Assembly: GCF_006345805.1 (NCBI RefSeq)
Contig: NW_021833120.1
Location: forward strand, 31,033 to 95,032
From: Octopus sinensis
Taxonomy: Eukaryota
Direction: 5' to 3'
DNA: 64,000 nucleotides
Below, piece by piece: positions 1-13,199 of this stretch (position 1 is the first letter of the stretch; each line of letters starts with the position of its first letter). Below the pieces are notes generated by a model. It was not told the origin of the DNA and searched no databases. It was given only the letters and a program-made list of their open reading frames with translations. The position numbers and the translations under genes are program-made.

Positions 1-305
1 GACTTCAATATTGAGTTGGGGATTTTTGATCTGAACAGTATCTGTGCCCTGTCAGCTAAGCAATGCCTATATTTCTTTGATCCATTCTCATAAGGCCTGG
101 ATTTTTTCGATTATTTTCCATTTAATCGTATATGGCGTTTCATTCTCTTTCAAAGCCTACACATGGCTGGCTAACTTTCTGACCTTTTCCCCATAATTCT
201 GCGATTGTCCCGGTTGCGTTGTGTTGCCTTGATGGAAACTATGAAATTCTGGGTTTTCTGTTCGTTTTCTAGTTTAATTGGTACCTTCAAGCCTTGTCTC
301 GACCT
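1..305 (-). mobile_element. Penelope-like element, degenerate C-terminal part of the GIY-YIG endonuclease
   Basis: Manual minus-strand translation gives KLASHV*ALKENETPYTIKWKIIEK (frameshift) SRPYENGSKKYRHCLADRAQILF. This matches the PLE endonuclease tail pattern LS.HIW.LK....Y.IKW.I....PY.....C.LCL.EK..I. Confidence 0.7.
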
Positions 306-524
306 TAAACAACAACCTTCTTTACAGTTATATCTCACAATGCTTCACCAAAACTACTTTATATACATATATATACTAAGTTGGAAAGTTGAACTAAGAA
401 CTTTTATGCCGCTTGTCTCTTTCTTCTCTCTTTCCATCACGTTATTCTTTTACTCCCTTCCTCTATGTTATCATTTTATTGATATATACCATTCTCATTT
501 TCCATATCCCCCCACCCCCAGTTT

Positions 525-580
525 GTCTCTGATGACGGAATATTCCATACTCGAGGATATCTCAGAAACAGCTGTAAGGC
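525..580 (+). ncRNA. Type I hammerhead ribozyme motif in a Penelope-like terminal repeat
   Basis: Stem I GTCT (525-528) pairs with AGGC (577-580). Core CTGATGA at 529-535, imperfect stem II, GAAA at 565-568, palindromic stem III ACAGCTGT and GTA cleavage triplet. Followed by an (AAT)n tail and adjacent to the PLE fragment. Confidence 0.6.
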
Positions 581-596
581 TATGAATTTCTTCCTG

Positions 597-606
597 TAAT
601 AATAAC

Positions 607-670
<64 letters not shown>

Positions 671-690
671 GTAATAATAATTATTATTAT
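597..690. repeat. (AAT)n microsatellite
   Basis: Direct reading of the sequence. Confidence 0.95.
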
Positions 691-992
691 ATATATATAT
701 ATATATAAAATGAGATAGGGGTTGTAAATTAAACCCTCCATGGGATAACATATATCCAATATACTGCTAGAGAAGTACCCAACAAAGCTAAAACATAAAT
801 GTTAAAAATTGCGATTCAATTAATTCATCTACTGTATTATGTGGGCAAAGGTAAAATTATTTTTACCGTAACTTAATAATACAAAATGAGAAAATGGAGA
901 AATATATCTAAATCAATCATCAACTATCAGATAATACCCAATCAATACTTTATTAAACCACTACACAATAGCAATGGTATTATACCATTGCT

Positions 993-1023
<31 letters not shown>

Positions 1024-1027
1024 ACCA

Positions 1028-1200
1028 GGCGCAGGAGTGGCTGTGTGGTAAGTAGCTTGTTTACCAACCACATGGTTCCGGGTTCAGTCCCACTGCGTGG
1101 CACCTTGGGCAAGTGTCTTCTACTATAGCCTCGGGCCGACCAAAGCCTTGTGAGTGGATTTGGTAGACGGAAACTGAAAAGAAGCCCGTCGTATATATGT
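1028..1200 (+). mobile_element. tRNA-derived SINE family A (CORE-like, octopus OR-type), 5' half
   Basis: A-box-like TGGCTGTGTGG, B-box-like GGTTCAGTCCC and CORE-like GGCACCTTGGGCAAGTGTC. Near-identical head at 38889 and on the minus strand at 47771. Confidence 0.85.
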
Positions 1201-1466
1201 ATATAATGAAAATATCTGTTCCGACTTGGCTATTTCTTACTGATGATTCTAAGGGCCTATGGAAGATTGGCTTGATTTAATTTAATCAGGTTAGTTTACC
1301 ATTAAACAGTAGATGAAACGGTGCATCGTATAAGAAATCACAGGGTAAATGTTTTTTAATTTTTTAATTTTCTCCTGGTTTACGGAATTGATGTTATTTT
1401 GCGGTTGAAGCTTTGGCTGTTATTTCTAGTGGGTGAATGGCCTATTATGGCCGTTCCTTGATTGTG

Positions 1467-1516
<50 letters not shown>

Positions 1517-2889
1517 ACATATATATATATATGTGTATATATATAGAGAGAGCGAGAGGGCGAGAGAGAGAAGGCGAGAGAGAGAAAGATAGAGCTATTC
1601 GTTTAAAACATTTATCCTATTTACATGTCTTTCACTTGTGTATACTATTTGGTCATGAGGTAATGGTTACACACACGACTATATAATCACATTATACCTC
1701 CAGATCATCAGAAAAAAATGTAATATATTCCTCCCAATATATATATATATACGTACACATGTATATGCATATGCATATATAAATATGCATGCATATATGT
1801 ACAAATATATATATGCATGCGAATATATAAATATATATTTGTGTGTGTGTGCATATATATATATATACATATATGTGTGTGTGTATGTGTGTGTGTTATA
1901 TATATATATATATATATATCTTTCTGTATCTTTGTAATATAAAAGCATATAAGCATACATGTATGTATTTGAACATGTTTGTATATTAAAGCGTGCGAGA
2001 GTATATATGAATTTACATGTATAAGTAACCATATACACATACATACAGAGACAGTCATACAATCAGACACACCCCTCCATACCTATATTAGCGTACACCT
2101 ATATGCATGCGAGTGTATATATATATGTATCCGGGTACTTAAAATCTAATGATTTCTTTTTACTTACCTCATTAAAAAAGATGAATGCTAGGTTAGCAAA
2201 AGCAGTGATACCCGGTTTACTGTACAAGATACACGCACACGCATATACACATGCATAAATGTGTGTGTGTGTGTGTACTTTCATGCACACATATATATAT
2301 ATATACATATATTTATATAAATATATACATATGTGGATAAACGCACACACATACATATAAAGATGTATGTATATATGTACATATATACAAATTTATGCAT
2401 GTTTAGGTATATACACCCGCATATGTACATCCCTTTGTGAAGGTTCATACGGTTAAGGCGGATGGGGTGGGGTGGCTGTTTAAGGTCACCGTACAAGGGT
2501 GTAGCAGTGTTCTTTTTGTTTTCTTATATATTTATATATTTATTCATTTATTTATTTATTTAATGGTTGTATCTAGAGATCTGAGATTGGGAGCAGTGAA
2601 GTGGAGAGTAAGGATGGAGAGGGCGGTAGTGACGAGAGAGAAAGAGAGAGAGAGAGTGCGAGGGGGATGAGAGAGAGAGAGAGAAAGTGAGTGGAGGACA
2701 CGGTTGGATGGTCCCAGTGATATTAATGATTAATTGATAGATTGAATGACACCCTGCTCTGTTTCCCCCTCTCTATATAAATTCTATATAGATACGTTTG
2801 TATGTGTCAGTGTATGTGTGTGTGTGTGTATGTGTGCGCATGTATACACACACACACACATACACAAACACACATATATATATATGTAT

Positions 2890-2920
<31 letters not shown>

Positions 2921-3240
2921 ATAGGTATATATAATATGTATGTTATAACTGTATATATTATACTTTATATATACATATACAAACATACATGCACATATAC
3001 TACATACACACACACAATCACACATATACATGCATACGGGTGGCGCATATATAGATATGGTTTTATCGGTGTATCACTGGTGTCTCTCTTATTCAACCAG
3101 TTAGTTCTTATAACCTATATACTTGGCAAAACTTAGAAGTCCCTGTCAATGTAATTTCTATACGTCTTGGGACAGTGGACTCGTATTGAGTTCTTTACTG
3201 ATCTGAAATGTCGCTCCTTTTATGTGGCCCAATACACTCA

Positions 3241-3635
3241 CGTGACTGTATGGTAAGTAGGCCGCTTGCTGATCACATGGTTCCAGGTTCAGTCCCACTA
3301 CGTGGAATCTTGGTCGAGTTTCTACTATAGCCTCGAGCAAAACAAACACTTGTATGAGTATTCACTAGAAAGAAACTGAAAGAAGCCCGTGGTATATATA
3401 TATACATATGTAAATATATTCGGGTGTATCCGTGTTTGTATCTTCCACGACTTGACAATCGGCGTTGGTGTGTTTACGTCCCCCGTAAATTAAGCATTTC
3501 GGCAAAAGTGAGAGGATAGAAAAGAAACAAGATCTTGAAAGAAATAAATACTGAGATCGATTTCTTGGACTAAATCCTTCAAGGCGACGCTCCAGCATGG
3601 CCGCAGTTCAATCATTGGATCAAGTAAAAGATAAG
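3241..3635 (+). mobile_element. SINE family A, diverged near-full copy
   Basis: Head GGTTCCAGGTTCAGTCCCAC, middle GTGTTTACGTCCCCGTAA and tail GCTCCAGCATGGCCGCAG, shared with the 38889 copy. Confidence 0.8.
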
Positions 3636-3699
3636 GGATAATATAAATAGATTAGTGAGAAATTGCGCTAAAACTGAGTAAAGATCTGGAAACCATGAT

Positions 3700-4055
3700 T
3701 TGTAAGTAAGAGGTTTCGGGTTCAGTCCCTGCACCGAACAAACTTTGTGAGCACATTTGGGAGACAGATAATGTGCAGAAGCCCGGTGCATGCATACGAG
3801 GAAGCCTGCCATATACATTCATTCAGACACACACACACACACAAACGCACATGTGTGTGTCTGTGTGTATCCCTCTCCAGCTTTTGGCAACCGTTGTTAG
3901 TTTCTCTGCCTTCATGTGACTTAGCGGTTCAGCAAAGGGACACAGTGTAATAAGTACCAGACCGAGGTCTAGTTGTCCGACTACGCCCTCCAAAGCGTTG
4001 CTCCAGCATGGTCACAATCCAGTCGCTGAAACGAACAAGAGATAAAAGATTGATA
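3700..4055 (+). mobile_element. SINE family A, heavily degenerate copy
   Basis: GGGTTCAGTCCC head, GAAGCCCG middle and GCTCCAGCATGGTCAC tail. Confidence 0.55.
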
Positions 4056-4219
4056 TAAAGACAGTTAATACGAAGAGAAATTGGAAAATAACATTAAACC
4101 GTACACACAACACACACAAACACATGCACACTCACGCACACATGCGGATGCACATACAGACATACGCACACGCTGACACACACGGGCACGCGCGGAGACA
4201 CAAATAGACACATGCATAG

Positions 4220-4390
4220 CCGAAATTGCGAGGATGATCCGGTTCTTGACTGAGGATAAAAAGGCTTCGAATGACCCGTCCTTGATATTTTATTTTGTAT
4301 CGTCTATTTGGATGTTTTTGTCCCTTTTTGTATCACCTAATTGTTCGCATGTTTTGCGTTCTTGTCCCATTTTGTATTTTACTTTATATA
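4220..4390 (-). repeat. Unclassified interspersed repeat (family X), related to 20050-20280 and 16310-16420
   Basis: The reverse complement contains CATTCGAAGCCTT..TCAGTCAAGAACCGGATCATCCTCGCAATTT, shared with 20105-20160. Confidence 0.7.
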
Positions 4391-4400
4391 TATATATATA

Positions 4401-4524
4401 GCGACGTACGTACACTTTGTTCTCTTATATATATAATAGATATATATATATATAGTATATATATATATATATATATAAGCGACGTACGTACACTTTGTTC
4501 TCTTATATATATATATATATTAAT

Positions 4525-4599
<75 letters not shown>

Positions 4600-4632
4600 C
4601 GACGTACGTACACTTTGTTCTCTTATATATAT

Positions 4633-4664
<32 letters not shown>

Positions 4665-4717
4665 CTATATATATATATATATATATATATAAGCGACGTA
4701 CGTACACTTTGTTCTCT
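4401..4717. repeat. Four copies of a 25-bp unit GCGACGTACGTACACTTTGTTCTCT separated by variable (TA)n
   Basis: Identical units start at 4401, 4479, 4599 and 4693. Confidence 0.95.
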
Positions 4718-5254
4718 TATATATATATATATATATACACTTATACTTGCACATGCAGACACGCACACATACAAATATTTACACACACACACATATGCAT
4801 ATATACACACTCACACGATCATACATGCATTCCTGACGCATGTTTTTGGTAGTACAAGCCATGTACTCATAAAAAAATATTTGGTCACGTGATGCCTTCG
4901 TCAGCACAACTATCGGCATACACACACACACACACACACGCACACACGCAAATGTATTCACGCATACACATACATCGTACGCGCACGCTACGCATCCCCC
5001 CCACACACACACACACAGACGCGCACAGGCACAAATATGTATGGAAAGCCAGAAACAGCAATCCAGGTAAAATAACGACCGTGTTGAGGAGATGCTGACA
5101 GTCAGTCATGCAGACAGACAGACAGAAGCATGGCTTGGTTAATCGTAACATTCACAGGTATTCAGAACGACAGATTTATACATACACACATACGCACACA
5201 CATTGAAAAACACACAGAGAAATAGATACATAGATACATAAATATGCGTGCGTT

Positions 5255-5625
<371 letters not shown>

Positions 5626-5645
5626 CTCACTATACACATACATAC

Positions 5646-5684
<39 letters not shown>

Positions 5685-7542
5685 ATATATATATGCATAC
5701 ACATCGATAGATAGATAAATAGATAAATAGAGGGAGAGAGAGAGAGGGAGAGAGAGAGAGAGGCCAATCGACTGACAAGCAGACAGACAGACAGAATGAG
5801 ACATAGCTTAAAGACAACAAAACCAAAAGAAGCAAAAAAAAAAATTACAAACGAACAGGAGAAAAATCATACAAAAAAGTAAAAAGAAAGAAAAAAGAGA
5901 AAAAGAGAAAAAAGATGGATTTTTGTTGTTGCTTACATTTTTAGATGACAAAAACGAAAACAAAAAATAAAGGAGAAACTAAAAATAAAACTGAAAGACA
6001 GACAGGCGAAAAGAATTCGGTCCTCATCTGCTCCATCAGGCAGTAAACGAACACACAATAGGGTATCTACCCCGCCCAATTAGCGGAAAATCGTCTCACC
6101 AGGGCTAGCAATGTCTATGAGCATATTAGAAGAAGACGATGGCTGACGAACGAAGAACGAGAGCGGCGCCAAGGAGGGCGGGACATAGTTTGTTGGTCAA
6201 GCGGGTGGTCATAAGAAGCCGGACAGCTCAACAATACCCGGTTTCATTTGCGATTGTTCCTAACCTGAGCCGGGTAGAAAGCTCTCCAGACCAGTTCGGC
6301 GCCATAGCCCCCGATTGAAATAAAATAAATAATAAAGAAATATATAGAAAAAAAAAGCTGAAACAAAAAACAAACAAAACGTATATAAGGATGTTAGGCA
6401 ATTCGACCCCTGCCACACCGATCCTATGTAACAAGGTTGTCTTAGTGCAAAATTGGTTAGGCCGACCGTCGATCTCTTTGTATATGCGCAGTTATGTGTG
6501 TATGAGTGTGTGTGTGTGTATAAGTGTGAGTGTGTGCGCGTATGTGTGTATTTGTGTGTTTGTGAGTTTGGAGACAAACAAGATAAAAAGCTATTCAATA
6601 CATACACGTAGTACACTTTATTCATTTATTCAAAGCGCACACACACACACACGGATACACACACACATACAGATGCATACTAACGTGTATATGTGTGTGT
6701 GTACATATGTACATATATATGTATATATATACGTATGTATATATATATATCTTTACGCGCACACTTAAAGTATAAGTATATGTGGTGGCTATATACGTAT
6801 ATGTGTATATATAAACATAAGCACACACACACATCACACACATCACACCTATCTATTTATCACATTCTGTCTGTCTATCTATCTATCCGTCTATATATAT
6901 ATCTACACACACATATATGTATATATATATATATATATATATAACGAAAGAGAGAAAGAGAGAGAGAGAAAGGGAAAGTGAGAGAGAGAGAGAGAGAGAT
7001 AAAGGAAAATTGAATGGTGTGTAAGGATGCATTCACTACTCACCGTCTCTCTACAGATAAACTTACGCATACATGAATACATGTGTGTGTGTTGTATATT
7101 TTTGTATATACACCCCGAGGTCTTCTCGTATTAAGTCGGCCGTTGATCAAAGGCATTCTAGTCTTTTTATCAGGTAAAGAGTATCTAGGATTACATTACC
7201 TCTGTGTTTTCATTTTTTATGACGACTGTGACACGACGGAGATTTCGTTGCTGTTTCTTGCATCTCATTTAACCACATAGGGACTTTTTCCTTAGTTCTT
7301 ACATCTGATTTGTATTCATACACACACAGCGTATTTCCTCTATCAATCATATCTTGTTATTTCCTCCCTCAGCCGCTATTTCGTGCCCGGTAGATGCTCT
7401 CCCCTTTTTTATTTTCTTTACTGAAGGTTCAAAGTAATTATTTAGCATTTAATGTAATATCTAGGGCGGATGTTTGATTCTAGGTGAAATATATCTTCCT
7501 GTATTGAATTTATAAATAGATATTTTTCTTCTATCACCTCCG

Positions 7543-7781
7543 TTAACCCTTCAGCTTTTGTAACTGCCTCATCCAGACCATGTGTTCTGACTGTGCTATG
7601 TTCAAACCAGCCAGATCCAGTTTCACACACCTACACTACAATGTTATTCTATAAAAACAAACAATAAACAATTACATTATCGAAACGTCAAAGCTACGAG
7701 ATAACAATGCATGATTAATTCAAATGAATGTGAATGAATAAGCATTACATTTGAATGAGTATCCTAAATGCTAAAGGTTTA
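7543..7781 (-). mobile_element. Non-autonomous DNA transposon (MITE) with TTAACCC-type ends, piggyBac-like
   Basis: Ends are TTAACCCTTCAGC and AATGCTAAAGGTTTA, an imperfect inverted pair. The internal sequence is homologous to 13774-13990 on the opposite strand. Confidence 0.6.
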
Positions 7782-7904
7782 TCTTTAATCTAAAGCATAG
7801 ATAGTTAAAGCTACATAATGCATATAGTGTTGTTTTCCATTTAACTTTGATGGCTGTTTCGGTATATTTATATCTCATCAGTGCAGCTTACGGACAATTA
7901 TATT

Positions 7905-8040
7905 TATATTTTTATCTTTCATTTGTTCCTGACATTAGACTGCGACCATGCTGGGGCGCCACCTTCAAACACTTTTAGTAGAATAAATCAACCGCATTAT
8001 CTATTCTTTTAAAACATGGTCCTAATTTTATCGATCACTT
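7905..8040 (-). mobile_element. SINE family A, 3' fragment
   Basis: CATTAGACTGCGACCATGCTGGGGCGCCACCTT is the reverse complement of the family A tail. Confidence 0.6.
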
Positions 8041-8113
8041 GCCGAATCGCTAGGTTATAGAGAAATAGACTCTCCAACACTCGTGAGTGTTGGACAAAAG
8101 CACATATACAAGT

Positions 8114-8165
<52 letters not shown>

Positions 8166-8237
8166 GCACACAGACATAATTATATGCACGACAAATGTCT
8201 TTCAGTAACCATATACCAAATCTATTCATAACGCTTG

Positions 8238-8808
8238 TGTCACCACCAAAGAAATCATTGATCATGTTCCCAACATACTGATGGAAGACTGGTGATGGAC
8301 AATATATCAGATAGTCAATGCTATTAGCATGCCCCATGAGAAAGTTAAGAATATTTTGAACAATGAGTTTGGCATGATGAAGGCTACTGCTCGGTGGGTG
8401 CCACGTTTTCTACCACCTAATCAAAGGCGCACCAGGCTGATCACATTGCCGGAAAGTGTGACAGATTTTTGAGGCAGATCCGGCTGCGTTAGGAAATTTT
8501 GAAGGACCTTGCTGACCATAGCTGACCTGACTTCATCGTGAAATTAAATCATCTTGAAATTAAACACAAGGACTGATTGTATTATCACTGATAGAATATA
8601 GTGTCGCAGAGGCATATTCCAAGGGAACAGTTTGTCTCTGTGATGTTGTTTATACTTTATGTAAATCCCTTGTCATTCATGTTAAGGAAGTCTGAAGGAT
8701 ATCTCACTGGTTCACAAGGAAATAGAAATACCAAAATTACAAACTGATTCGTCAAACTATATAAAAAGAATATGCACGATATGAAAAAGAACCTTGACCT
8801 GGTTACAA
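8238..8808 (+). repeat. Left arm of a ~570-bp inverted duplication (mariner fragment plus R4-like RT fragment)
   Basis: Reverse complement of 9901-10483, with a handful of substitutions and a 12-bp deletion (GTAGATGACTTG). Confidence 0.95.
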
Positions 8809-8821
8809 ACCTGGTTACAAG

Positions 8822-10230
8822 GTTTTCACAGGGTCATTCCACCAGTACTTATTTTTATTATGAGTGGCTATGGCTTCCACCATACCGTAGGTTCTATTTT
8901 CTTTCTCCTCGGGGTTATCCTTTCGACGGATCTCGTTATACAGTGTCCTAGCTACAATATCATGTCTCATTGGTAGATAATACCGTGATGACGCTTTTGC
9001 ATCGATTGTCAAATTTTACTGCTTTTCATGCATCTCTTTTGTTGCATCAGGTATTTGGTTGATGTTTCCTGTTCCTGGATAGCAAACGCGCATCCTTCAA
9101 AGATGAAGCTAATAATCCGGTTTTGGTCAATAATAGAATGCTTTGATGATCAATGTTACTGGCATCTCGTAGCTTCTGCTAACATATCCATGCATAAGTC
9201 TTTTGCTCATATATGCTGATCCTTTCATCTGAGGATATGTTGCGGTAGAGTGCAACTTCTTTGGGTATGTATTTAAAACTGCCAGAAAACGAATGCTGCT
9301 CAAGGAGCTGTCTTCCAGGTCTTATGATGCCATTAGCCTCATGTACGCAAACTTGGTCAAAGGATGCATGCACTTCGGCACTTGGTGGTTAAATGATGTT
9401 GCCTAAGAGATGTGATACGACATTCAAAGGCATTTTGGATCGATGTTAAGCCTCTGCTGCCTTGCTTTCGTTTTACGTAAAGCCGGTCTACGTCACTGTT
9501 GATGTGGAAATTATGTGTGCTTGTTAGTATCTTCCAGATTTTTACATCAATTACTCAAATCTCATCAAGCGTCCAATCAAGCAGCCGAAATGTTGGTATG
9601 AGTACTGGCACTGCAAACACATTGTGGGCCACTGTTTTATTGAATGCAGAGAGTTTCGAAGTCCAAATTATTTTTATTCTGCTTTAATATTCTTTAGTGA
9701 ACGTATTTTGTTACAGGTGCCATTGTAAGATATATTTTCATCCACCCCTAGATACCTGTAACATTCCTCATCAGATACAGGAGAAACAGTTCAGTCATTG
9801 ATGGAGATGCTGTTAGTCTGGTTTACAGTTCTTCCTCTTTTCACAACCATATAACAACATTTATCCTGACCAAACTCCAACCCTAAATCCTTTGAGAATA
9901 TTGTAACCAGGTCAAGGTTCTTTTTCATATCGTGCATATTCTTTTTATATAGTTTCAAGTCATCTACGACGAATCAGTTTGTAATTTTAGTATTTCTATT
10001 TCCATGTGAACCTGTGAGATATCCTTCAGACTTCCTTAACATGAATGACAAGGGATTTACATAAAGTATAAACAACATCACAGAGACAAACTGTTCCCTT
10101 GGAATATGCCTCTGCGACACTATATTCTATCAGTGATAATACAATCAGTCCTTGTGTTTAATTTCAAGATGATTTAATTTCACGATGAAGTCAGGTCAGC
10201 TATGGTCAGCAAGGTCCTTCAAAATTTCCT
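8822..10230 (-). mobile_element. R4/Dong-like (RLE-type) non-LTR retrotransposon, degenerate RT to pre-endonuclease fragment
   Basis: Minus-strand motifs RRGIFQGNSLS, VDDLKLY, FSKDLGLEFGQDKC, YRYLG, SKLSAFNKTVAHNVFAVPV, VDRLYVKRKQGSRGL and RHDIVARTLY...WWNDPVKT. Contains stops and frameshifts. Confidence 0.85.
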
Positions 10231-10640
10231 AACGCAGCCGGATCTGCCTCAAAAATCTGTCACACTTTCCGGCAATGTGATCAGCCTGGTGCGCCTTTGA
10301 TTAGGTGGTAGAAAACGTGGCACCCACCGAGCAGTAGCCTTCATCATGCCAAACTCATTGTTCAAAATATTCTTAACTTTCTCATGGGGCATGCTAATAG
10401 CATTGACTATCTGATATATTGTCCATCGCCAGTCTTCCATCAGTATGTGGGGAACATGATCAATGATTTCTTTGGTGGTGACAGTTGCGGGACTTTGGGT
10501 CATCTTCAAGACTCTTCCTACCCCTCCTAAATTCAGCTGCCGAATTTTGCACAGTTGATAAAATTGGAGCATAACCCCCTAATATAAGAACGGCGTCAGT
10601 GTTGTCGGGGGCTAAACCGTTTTTCTGAAGCTACTTCATA
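10231..10640 (-). mobile_element. Mariner (Tc1/mariner) transposase N-terminal fragment
   Basis: APILSTVQNSAAEFRRGRKSLEDDP (frameshift) TTKEIIDHV...ILNNEFGMMKATARWVPRFL. This gives the HTH region plus the mariner WVPxxL motif. Confidence 0.9.
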
Positions 10641-10734
10641 ACGTTTTGTCGATTTTTAAGAGAAGTCGCCACTAATTACATCTGAAGTTTTCTTGAACAG
10701 CCAGATTTCAGTTTACCTGGGAAGAACCAATAAA

Positions 10735-11255
10735 GTTAAAGTGATAGCATATTGTCAACTTAATGTGACAGTTCCATCAAAGGGAAGAATGCTACTGTTA
10801 TTTTGCCCTAAGAAATACCGTTTCCTGTTGAACTTGACGTATTTCCTTATGCTACTACTGCATAAATCTCTCTCAGAGATCTAGAAATATATTATTTCGA
10901 TTTTCAAAATTCAGTGAATGTATTTCACTTGAAATATATAAGATTTCAAAGGCGGATAGGCATCGACAGCTAGCGAGCCATGCTACTCCAGATTCATGAT
11001 TACCAATGACTCTGAAACTAGTCTCTGGATGCTGGTTTTGCTGGGTGGTGGTGCTTGTTTCCACTTCGAAAACATAAGGACAGAGGAAATGTGTCAAGTC
11101 CAACAGGAAACGATGTTTCCTAGGGTTAAATAACAGTAGCATTCTTCCCTTTCAGGGGACTGTCACATTAAGTTGACAACATACTATCACTTTATCGTGC
11201 TGCTACTGCATATATCTCTCCGAGAGATTTAGAAATGCATTATTTCTATTTTCAG
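10735..11255. repeat. Local rearranged repeat: ~110-bp inverted pair plus ~60-bp direct pair
   Basis: 10738-10848 is the diverged reverse complement of 11082-11192. 10849-10910 recurs directly at 11198-11255. Confidence 0.8.
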
Positions 11256-11498
11256 CAACAAGGTTTTAATAAGAAAGGATTGAAATTAATGCATACAAGA
11301 TTTCACAACCCTGGCATCAACCCTTAATAATCAGCCTAGGAACTTTACAGACCATCCTCGTACATTAAAAATCTTAGATCTTTTGGTTTCTGTAATTTCT
11401 ATTCCTATATTTTGATTTCTTTCATTCACTTTCTTTCTTTATCTTTTTCTGTTGTTTGTCTCTTTTTCGGTCTGTCTGTATGACTGTCTGTCTGTCTG

Positions 11499-11530
<32 letters not shown>

Positions 11531-11540
11531 CATCTCTCTC

Positions 11541-11584
<44 letters not shown>

Positions 11585-12294
11585 AGGAATCAAATGATGA
11601 CACTACTACGAAATGGGTTACGTTCATGGTTTCATTCCCTAATACGCACTTACATATATATCCATATGTGCACACACACACACACACCACACACACACAC
11701 CACACACACACACACTAACACTCACAGAGCAGAAGAGCGGTCAACAAAGCGCGAAACGGTCCGTCAGGAAACACTCATCGTCTTTTTCTATCCTCGAATC
11801 AATATTATAGACAGAATGTATTTTCGTTTCTATTAAACCCGCTGTAATGCTTCAATTTCCTTCCTTTCATCTGACTTATGCTGCGCTGTGCAAAAATATG
11901 CATATACAATTACATATATACATAGATAGACACAGATATGTATGTATGTATATAATTATATATACATACATACATAAATACACACACACATATATATATG
12001 TATGCATATAGTTATGTATGTATGGGTATATATATATATATAATATATATATATTCGTCTTTTATTTGCTTTTGCCATATTATCACAATTATCCTCAAAA
12101 TTTGTTTATCCTGAGTATTTGCATATTTTGATAAACGATATCTTGTTTATGCAAATGAGTTGATGCGTCACAAATCCAAGCGTTACAATAGAGCGAGAAA
12201 TGTTACAAAAGCGCCATAAATCTGCGTGTCAACGACGCGATGACACCTTTATTAAAAAGTCAGTGCAGAATACAAGATATTCAGATATATACAT

Positions 12295-12328
<34 letters not shown>

Positions 12329-12562
12329 GCATGTGTATGTGTGTATATGCATATATATATGTATACACACACACACACTCACACACACACATATATATAT
12401 ATACATATACATATACATATATATAAATTCTTGTGTGTGTGTGTGTATATATATGTATATATATGTATATATACATATACATATACATGTATATATATAT
12501 ATGTGTGTGTATATATATATGTACATTCGTATATGCATATATATATATATACATATATACAC

Positions 12563-12594
<32 letters not shown>

Positions 12595-13199
12595 TTATGT
12601 ATATGTATATATATATATGTACGTATATATGTATGCGAGTATATATTCGTACTTCTGATATATTTATGGACCGATGTATTTGTGTTAGTACCCTTTTTAC
12701 ACAGCTTCGTGGCATGTACCCGAATCACTCGAATGAGGTGTTTTACTCCTGTTGTTTGGTCATTAGAGACATCTTGACGTGCAATGCTAAACTCTTATTC
12801 TATATCAGAGGATGGCGCGTATCGGGTTTGTCCATCCTGATTTATTAGCTCTATGCTGGTGCGATTTCTTGCGCGGACATGTTATAGCCACCTCAACAGA
12901 TGTTCGGTTATCTATCTTAGAGTAAAAAATAATGTATATGTGTGTGTGTTTTTTTAAATTTTGTTTTTGTTATTGCTGCAGCTTGCCTTAGAAGCTGAAT
13001 AAATATACGTCATTTCTTACCACCACATCAAGGAAGTAGTGTAAGTTGGGGTAGAACAATATTTCATATGTATTTATCAATTGAAGTCTCCCCTTCATGG
13101 GGGGGGGGGGCACACATACATCATTGTTTCGGACAAGTTTTCTCTTTTATTTTGAAATCTCTAAATTCATTGGATTTCTAAGATAATCCTGTCACGTTC

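Noticed and set aside
1028-1100. tRNA genes at the SINE heads
   Set aside because: A/B-box-like motifs are present, but there is no full cloverleaf and they continue into SINE bodies.
4401-4717. CRISPR array
   Set aside because: The spacers are plain (TA)n, the DNA is eukaryotic and no cas genes are present.
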